From a virus (Duplodnaviria > Heunggongvirae > Uroviricota > Caudoviricetes), in the IMG/VR virus record IMGVR_UViG_2645727945_000025, positions 1 through 43,691 of that record: DNA of 43,691 nucleotides, one strand, 5' to 3'. The notes below the pieces were generated by a model. That model ran no database searches and was not told the DNA's origin. It was given only the letters and a program-made list of their open reading frames with translations. A program made the position numbers and the translations under genes. Positions 38,668 through 43,691 of the stretch are shown here, piece after piece. Numbering within the stretch: the first letter of the stretch is position 1; each line of letters starts with the position of its first letter.

Positions 38668-38692
38668 ACCCAGCTTCGGCTGGGTTTTTTTA
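38668..38692 (+). terminator. Intrinsic terminator after ant
   Basis: ACCCAGC-TTCG-GCTGGGT hairpin followed by TTTTTTTAT. Confidence 0.6.
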
Positions 38693-38749
38693 TGCCCAAA
38701 ATTCACCGTAGCCATGCTGCGGCGATTCCTTGTATCTGGAGCAAATTAA

Positions 38750-40885
38750 ATGACAGACATTACAGCCAATGTGATCGTATCGATGCCTTCGCAACTCTTC
38801 ACTATGGCTCGTTCTTTTAAAGCCGTAGCCAATGGAAAAATTTATATCGGTAAAATTGACACTGACCCGGTAAATCCTGAAAACCAGATTCAGGTTTATG
38901 TGGAGAACGAAGACGGCTCTCACGTTCCTGTATCGCAGCCAATCATCATTAACGCTGCCGGATATCCTGTATATAACGGACAGATTGCCAAATTCGTAAC
39001 TGTGCAAGGCCATTCTATGGCTGTTTATGATGCATATGGGGCGCAGCAGTTCTATTTTCCTAATGTGCTGAAGTATGACCCTGATCAACTCAGGTCTGAA
39101 TTATCAGCTCAGGGTGGAGATAAGATTGTTGGTAGTTCGTATGGCGGAACCGTCTATACAGACTACAGTCCATCAGAATTCATTAAGTTTGCAGAATTCA
39201 CCGTCCCAACAAGTCTTTCAAACAATAGACAAGCCGTTAAATATATAGACGGATTTTGGTATGTATGGAATGGAACATTTCCATACAATACTGGAACGTC
39301 AAATCCTGGTAATAATGACACATGGAAATGCGTTGGACTTCTAAATGGTTTTTCGGTTAATGACGCTCAGAACTTTGGCTTCACAGGGGGTATGGACGAT
39401 GCACTTCCAGCGCTAAATGCGATGATTAGAAGCCCATTTTTTGAAATGTTTTTCCCTATTGGAAGTGAAATTAATATTTCGTCTGACTGGAATCTCCGTT
39501 CAAATTTATATATAAACTTTCACGGTTCAACAATCAACTGGATGGGTGCTGCTTTCTCAAGTTCTGATGTTGTGAATGGTAGCGAGATGGCTATTTTAAA
39601 TACGCCAAATTTTTCAGGTGGAACTACAGGGGCACTCGTAAACCTTCATCTGTCAAACTTAAATATTAAAGCAAATGATTACGCAATAGGCATAAGTGCA
39701 AGGAATATTACAAATTTCTCTATAGAGAATGTTTATGTAGAGAAAGCGCAACGTCAAGGAATTAATGTATCTAATTGCCAGAATGGATGTATTAATCAAA
39801 TAACTCTGAAAGATTGCTCTCCTTTATCTGATAAAGGATTTACTAGTTCACAGCTAGAGAGTTGGGGCGATGGATTGATTGTATGGTATGGAAGCACTAA
39901 CGTATCCATTGATAACATTAGAGTTGAATCAGGAAATAATTCACGAGGAGGTCGCTGCGGTATCTGTATCGATGGTTATGCTCCATCCGGAAAGCCAGAT
40001 TCACGCAATATTTCTGTAAATAACGCTTATGTTTACGGTTATGACAGGCCTATACATACCGAACTATGCGGTATTGTTACCGTAACTAACAGTGTTTTCG
40101 AATACAACTCAGGCTCTGACACGCATCACTTTTTGCAATGTGGTGTCGTCGTGTGGAATGTCCTTGAAACCACTACTTTTATCAACTGCACGTTTCGCAC
40201 AGATATGCGGTTTATGAAAAACTCAGGCGCTAAGGCGAAATTCATAAAATGTAATGTGTACAAAACATCAAGCACTGAGCCTATGTTTATAACAGGTACA
40301 GAGCAAACAGGTATAGTTAATTTTGATGACTGCTTACTTTCTCATGCCGGTGGTGAATGGGGGGCTTGGAACTGTTCATTAAGTTTTAATGGTTGCACGA
40401 TATCATCTGATTCTGCTGGATCTGTTATTAATTTTGGTAGCGAATCCATACCAAAAAATATCACTATTGTTAATTCACATCTGTTAAACACATCAATATC
40501 AGCACTGTTCGCACCTGGATTTACTGAAATTCATCTTTCTAATTCAACAATAAATGGAGATGTTAATTGCGGACCTTCTGCCAGACTTCGTGTAAATTCA
40601 TGCGATATATATGGAGTTGTTACATGCAATAGTGTAATGAGATACAACGGACAGAAACCAAATAAATTAATTTATTTGCAAAATGCAGACCAGCAATACA
40701 ATGGCATGTGGCTAGGAACGCGCCCACCACTAGGTGCTAGACCAGATGGATCTGGAGATTGGTTGAGGGGTGATATAGTTTTTAATCTCGACGCCATAGA
40801 GTCAACACCATTCCAATGGTATTGCGTAACCCCAGGATCGCCTGGAAGATGGGCTGTATCTGGAACTCTTGGCGCAGCTTCTTAA
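38750..40885 (+). CDS. Tailspike (P22 gp9-family head-binding N-terminus plus divergent receptor-binding domain), 711 aa
   Basis: N-terminal ~115 aa recalled as the conserved P22/HK620/Sf6 head-binding domain; remainder AT-rich with repetitive beta-strand-like segments. Confidence 0.9.
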   Translation: MTDITANVIVSMPSQLFTMARSFKAVANGKIYIGKIDTDPVNPENQIQVYVENEDGSHVPVSQPIIINAAGYPVYNGQIAKFVTVQGHSMAVYDAYGAQQFYFPNVLKYDPDQLRSELSAQGGDKIVGSSYGGTVYTDYSPSEFIKFAEFTVPTSLSNNRQAVKYIDGFWYVWNGTFPYNTGTSNPGNNDTWKCVGLLNGFSVNDAQNFGFTGGMDDALPALNAMIRSPFFEMFFPIGSEINISSDWNLRSNLYINFHGSTINWMGAAFSSSDVVNGSEMAILNTPNFSGGTTGALVNLHLSNLNIKANDYAIGISARNITNFSIENVYVEKAQRQGINVSNCQNGCINQITLKDCSPLSDKGFTSSQLESWGDGLIVWYGSTNVSIDNIRVESGNNSRGGRCGICIDGYAPSGKPDSRNISVNNAYVYGYDRPIHTELCGIVTVTNSVFEYNSGSDTHHFLQCGVVVWNVLETTTFINCTFRTDMRFMKNSGAKAKFIKCNVYKTSSTEPMFITGTEQTGIVNFDDCLLSHAGGEWGAWNCSLSFNGCTISSDSAGSVINFGSESIPKNITIVNSHLLNTSISALFAPGFTEIHLSNSTINGDVNCGPSARLRVNSCDIYGVVTCNSVMRYNGQKPNKLIYLQNADQQYNGMWLGTRPPLGARPDGSGDWLRGDIVFNLDAIESTPFQWYCVTPGSPGRWAVSGTLGAAS

Positions 40886-41137
40886 ATTTAAATGAATAAC
40901 TATATTAGTTAATGGTCTTATCTCTGTCACAACCTCATGACACACAAAGCTTTGCACTGGATTGCAAGGCTTTGTGCTCTTCTATGCTGGGTGGCTACAT
41001 GTTTGAAGATCGTTGTGCCGTATTTGTGACATACACATGACAACATCATGCATCAACTTTCTGTTTGTGCCATCAACTATTGCTTGGTGAATGCGGTTAA
41101 TGCTTGCTAAAACAGATAGTTATGATTGGTGCTACAG

Positions 41138-41201
41138 ATTCGTAATGCGAAGGTCGTAGGTTCGACTCCTATTATCGGCACCATTTAAATCAATAAGTTA
41201 C
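41138..41201. repeat. attR of prophage 1 and attL of prophage 2: second 64-bp core copy with tRNA 3' fragment
   Basis: Identical to 1399-1462; the 5' tRNA half is not reconstituted here (no GCCGAT acceptor strand upstream). Confidence 0.85.
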
Positions 41202-42361
41202 ACATCATTAGTACCTTCCTTATTTTTTGACTGGGACAAATTTGGGACCGATGGGTTCAGAATCGAGTCTATTTGCCGTGCGTGTTCGGTAAGGTGATTA
41301 GGCGCGAGGTGAGCATATCGACGAACCATTTCGATAGACTCCCAGCCACCCATTTCCTGTAACACTGACAACGGGACTCCGGCTTGAACCAGCCAACTTG
41401 CCCAGGTGTGTCTCAAGTCGTGAAATCTGAAATCATCAATACCAGCTCGTCTCAGCGCCGCTTTCCAGGCTGTGTTTGCGTCATACCGCATCTTCCTTAC
41501 TGTTGGCGCTTTCGTTCCGTCTGGTTTGGTACAGCTTTCCTTGTACACAAATACCCAACGGTGATGATTCCCGATTTGTTTTTTCAAAACGCGACATGCA
41601 GTATCATTCAGCGCAACGCCGATTGCGCGGTTTGATTTACTCTCTTCCGGGTTTATCCATGCCACCCGGCGCTGCATATCTATTTGTTGCCATTCAAGGT
41701 TGATGATGTTCGAGCGTCTTAAACCTGTTGCCAGTGCAAATTCAACAACAGACTTTAATGGCTCCGGACATTCATCAATCAGCCTTTGTGCTTCATGGGG
41801 CTCCAGCCAGCGGATCCGTTTATTCTTTGGTTGAGGCACTTTAATAATTGGTGCCTTATCCAGCATTTTCCATTCACGCTCTGCGGCTCTTAGTAGGGCC
41901 TTTATAAATGAAAGATGCGTAGCCTTCGTTGCAACGGACGCTGGTTTTGGCGTGTATTCTGGAACAGGTTTCCCTTTTTTTCTGCATGCTTCTGCCCTGA
42001 GTTTCCAGTTTTCCTCATGACGCCGGTTCGTCATTTTCTGCATTGCTGAATAAATTTTTGATTCAGTAATGTCTCTTAGTTGCATTCCTGCGAAATGTTG
42101 AAGCCAGAATCCGATCCGGCTTTTGTCATCGTCCAGTGATTTTTTATGTGCTTTCTCTTCAAGCCACCTGACACACGCTTCCTCGAACGTTATATCAGGT
42201 ATTTCACCAAGTTTGCTGACCCGCCATGCTTCAGCCTTTAGCTTGTCATGGAGTTCTGTCGCCTGCCTTTTGTCCTTTGTTCCAAGAGACTGTTTAAATC
42301 TTTTACCGTTCGGCAATGTGAAACTGGCGTACCATATTTCACCTCTGCGGAAGAGTGACAT
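41198..42361 (-). CDS. int: Tyrosine integrase of prophage 2 (P22 Int-like, 387 aa)
   Basis: Recalled close similarity to P22 Int ([33 protein letters not shown]...); stop inside the att core. Confidence 0.95.
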   Translation of the reverse strand: MSLFRRGEIWYASFTLPNGKRFKQSLGTKDKRQATELHDKLKAEAWRVSKLGEIPDITFEEACVRWLEEKAHKKSLDDDKSRIGFWLQHFAGMQLRDITESKIYSAMQKMTNRRHEENWKLRAEACRKKGKPVPEYTPKPASVATKATHLSFIKALLRAAEREWKMLDKAPIIKVPQPKNKRIRWLEPHEAQRLIDECPEPLKSVVEFALATGLRRSNIINLEWQQIDMQRRVAWINPEESKSNRAIGVALNDTACRVLKKQIGNHHRWVFVYKESCTKPDGTKAPTVRKMRYDANTAWKAALRRAGIDDFRFHDLRHTWASWLVQAGVPLSVLQEMGGWESIEMVRRYAHLAPNHLTEHARQIDSILNPSVPNLSQSKNKEGTNDV

Positions 42362-42588
42362 TTTCTTTCCTCTGTTATGCCATCACCCGCGCTCACCTGG
42401 ACAGTATGCAGCGGAGACTGAAGAGCCGCAATGCAGGCTTGTCGTGTTGTGAGGTAAGGAGATTTATTCTTAGTGGGATCTTTGCGTGTTGCCTGAAGAC
42501 GCCCTGTGCGTATCCAGTTAATGGCAGTCGGTCTGGATATCTTGAGAAAATGACAGGCCTCATCGAGTGTGAGGCTGTATGGCTCCAT
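42238..42588 (-). CDS. xis: Excisionase of prophage 2 (116 aa)
   Basis: Internal Met29 of track ORF 42238-42672 with AGAGGTG RBS; overlaps int as in lambdoid phages. Confidence 0.65.
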   Translation of the reverse strand: MEPYSLTLDEACHFLKISRPTAINWIRTGRLQATRKDPTKNKSPYLTTRQACIAALQSPLHTVQVSAGDGITEERKCHSSAEVKYGTPVSHCRTVKDLNSLLEQRTKGRRQNSMTS

Positions 42589-42893
42589 TATTTCACCTCT
42601 TGCTGTGACATTGTTGAAAAATGGATACCAGCTCGTTGCTGCCAGATGATCCAACCGAGAGTCATATCCCATGCCATGTATTCGTTATCGCCGTTTTTTG
42701 CTCTCCGACGATCTACTAAGTCACCAAAACGCTTTTCCATGAATAATTCATAAGCTTCGCGTTCATCTGGTTCTACTTCCAGAGATAGGAGTGCGATTTC
42801 ATAAGCCCGGCGCTCAATATTGTCTCGAACGTCCAAGCTACCAATTCGCTCTCTGATTTCTTTAATTAGTTCTTTGTCGGTTAAAGTGGTCAT
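42588..42893 (-). CDS. Hypothetical early protein of prophage 2 (101 aa)
   Basis: Track ORF. Confidence 0.45.
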   Translation of the reverse strand: MTTLTDKELIKEIRERIGSLDVRDNIERRAYEIALLSLEVEPDEREAYELFMEKRFGDLVDRRRAKNGDNEYMAWDMTLGWIIWQQRAGIHFSTMSQQEVK

Positions 42894-43405
42894 GCTGCGT
42901 TTCCTTCTTTCTTATTAACAATTACACCGTCATATATTTCATTAAGGTGCCCTCTCAACTCCATGCGCCTTAATGCAGATAACATGTAATCGCATTCAAC
43001 CTGCTTATTCCCAGTAAATGGCTTATCGTCAGGATTACCCCAACAGCAATTACCCCTGGGCCATCCATGTACTTTCCGTACTCTTCCGTTAACAACGTGA
43101 AGTAATCCCCAGCCGGGAGGTAAATCCTCAACTGAAATAATTTCCGGCTCACTAATAAAGAATCGCCAGTCGCCCATGCCAAGTGAGGGATTTTTACGGA
43201 AACGCTTTTTTCTATCTGCCAACAAGTCAGCACGAGAACACTTCGCCTCTATCAGGCATGATGCTGAATTTCTGAATCCCATAGCATCTGGCTGTTCTCC
43301 GGTACTGGTTACAGCAACAAAGCGGTCATGAAAGCAAACCTTGAACCCGTTGCGCTTAAGGAACTTGTACGCAATCTGACAGAGTTCGTGGTGTGTTAAC
43401 GCCAT
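42890..43405 (-). CDS. Paralog of 5228-5743 (PD-(D/E)xK-like motif protein), 171 aa
   Basis: Near-identical protein and DNA to the prophage-1 copy; start at Met12 of track ORF. Confidence 0.55.
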   Translation of the reverse strand: MALTHHELCQIAYKFLKRNGFKVCFHDRFVAVTSTGEQPDAMGFRNSASCLIEAKCSRADLLADRKKRFRKNPSLGMGDWRFFISEPEIISVEDLPPGWGLLHVVNGRVRKVHGWPRGNCCWGNPDDKPFTGNKQVECDYMLSALRRMELRGHLNEIYDGVIVNKKEGNAA

Positions 43406-43407
43406 AT

Positions 43408-43691
43408 CACTCTCCTTTGATGCGAATGCCTGTTGCAATGCTGTTTATGATGCTGTCAGTGCATGGGGTAGAAAGCTGGGCATCTCCAGCAATTTTCATG
43501 ACCTCAACATCTGCATATCGAATACCGAGGTGTATCAGACCGGCTATGCCTGACTTAAGCCGAGCATTTTCCATAAATAGAACTTTTGCCCGCTGTTTTT
43601 CTGCTTCAAGCTCAACGCGCAGCTTCCCTACCGTTAGCGCAATATCCTCGTTCTCCTGATCGCGGCTTTTGATGTATTGCAGGTTTCTTTC
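43408..43691 (-). CDS. Partial CDS (3' end only; 5' end beyond window), homolog of 6106-6789
   Basis: Open frame to the window edge; C-terminus ...IRIKGE and last ~90 nt match 6570-6660. Confidence 0.35.

Larger units (their letters stand above)
41138..43691. mobile_element. Left end of a second, tandemly integrated P22-like prophage (continues beyond window)
   Basis: att core followed by int, xis and early-left genes in the same orientation as prophage 1. Confidence 0.75.

Noticed and set aside
41108-41201. Second functional tRNA-Thr at the right junction
   Set aside because: Only the 3' half (from the anticodon loop) is present; upstream sequence cannot pair as an acceptor or D arm, so it is an att-associated tRNA fragment
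43393-43659. Plus-strand 88-aa ORF at the window edge
   Set aside because: Antisense to the partial minus-strand early gene that is homologous to 6106-6789

Overview
Enterobacterial (E. coli/Shigella-like) chromosomal window: the complete host gene proA (1-1254) and tRNA-Thr thrW (1369-1444), followed by a complete ~39.8 kb P22-like prophage inserted in the 3' half of thrW and bounded by identical 64-bp direct repeats (1399-1462 and 41138-41201). Order on the prophage: int-xis, a long minus-strand early-left accessory operon (erf, SSB-like, cIII-like, N-like), a lambda-like immunity region (cI, cro, cII, nutL/nutR, AATAC-N5-GTATT operators), replication genes (O with iterons, DnaC-like loader), a nin region (ninB, adenine methyltransferase, ninE/X/F, ybcO, rusA, ninH, Q), lambda-type lysis cassette (S, R, Rz/Rz1), P22-type morphogenesis genes (terminase, portal, scaffold, coat, gp4/gp10/gp26, ejection proteins), immI (mnt, arc, ant) and a mosaic tailspike. 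Immediately after the right repeat a second P22-like prophage begins (integrase, xis, early genes, running off the window), so this is a tandem prophage array. The best candidates for undescribed accessory functions are (i) three minus-strand ORFs in the sieA slot apparently co-transcribed with mnt, (ii) a 3-TM membrane protein directly downstream of cI (rexB-like slot), and (iii) a T5orf172/GIY-YIG-like gene between cII and O. All protein identifications are from recalled family features, not database searches. ORF coordinates come from the supplied track; coordinates of hairpins, operators and repeats were counted by hand and may be off by 1-2 nt.
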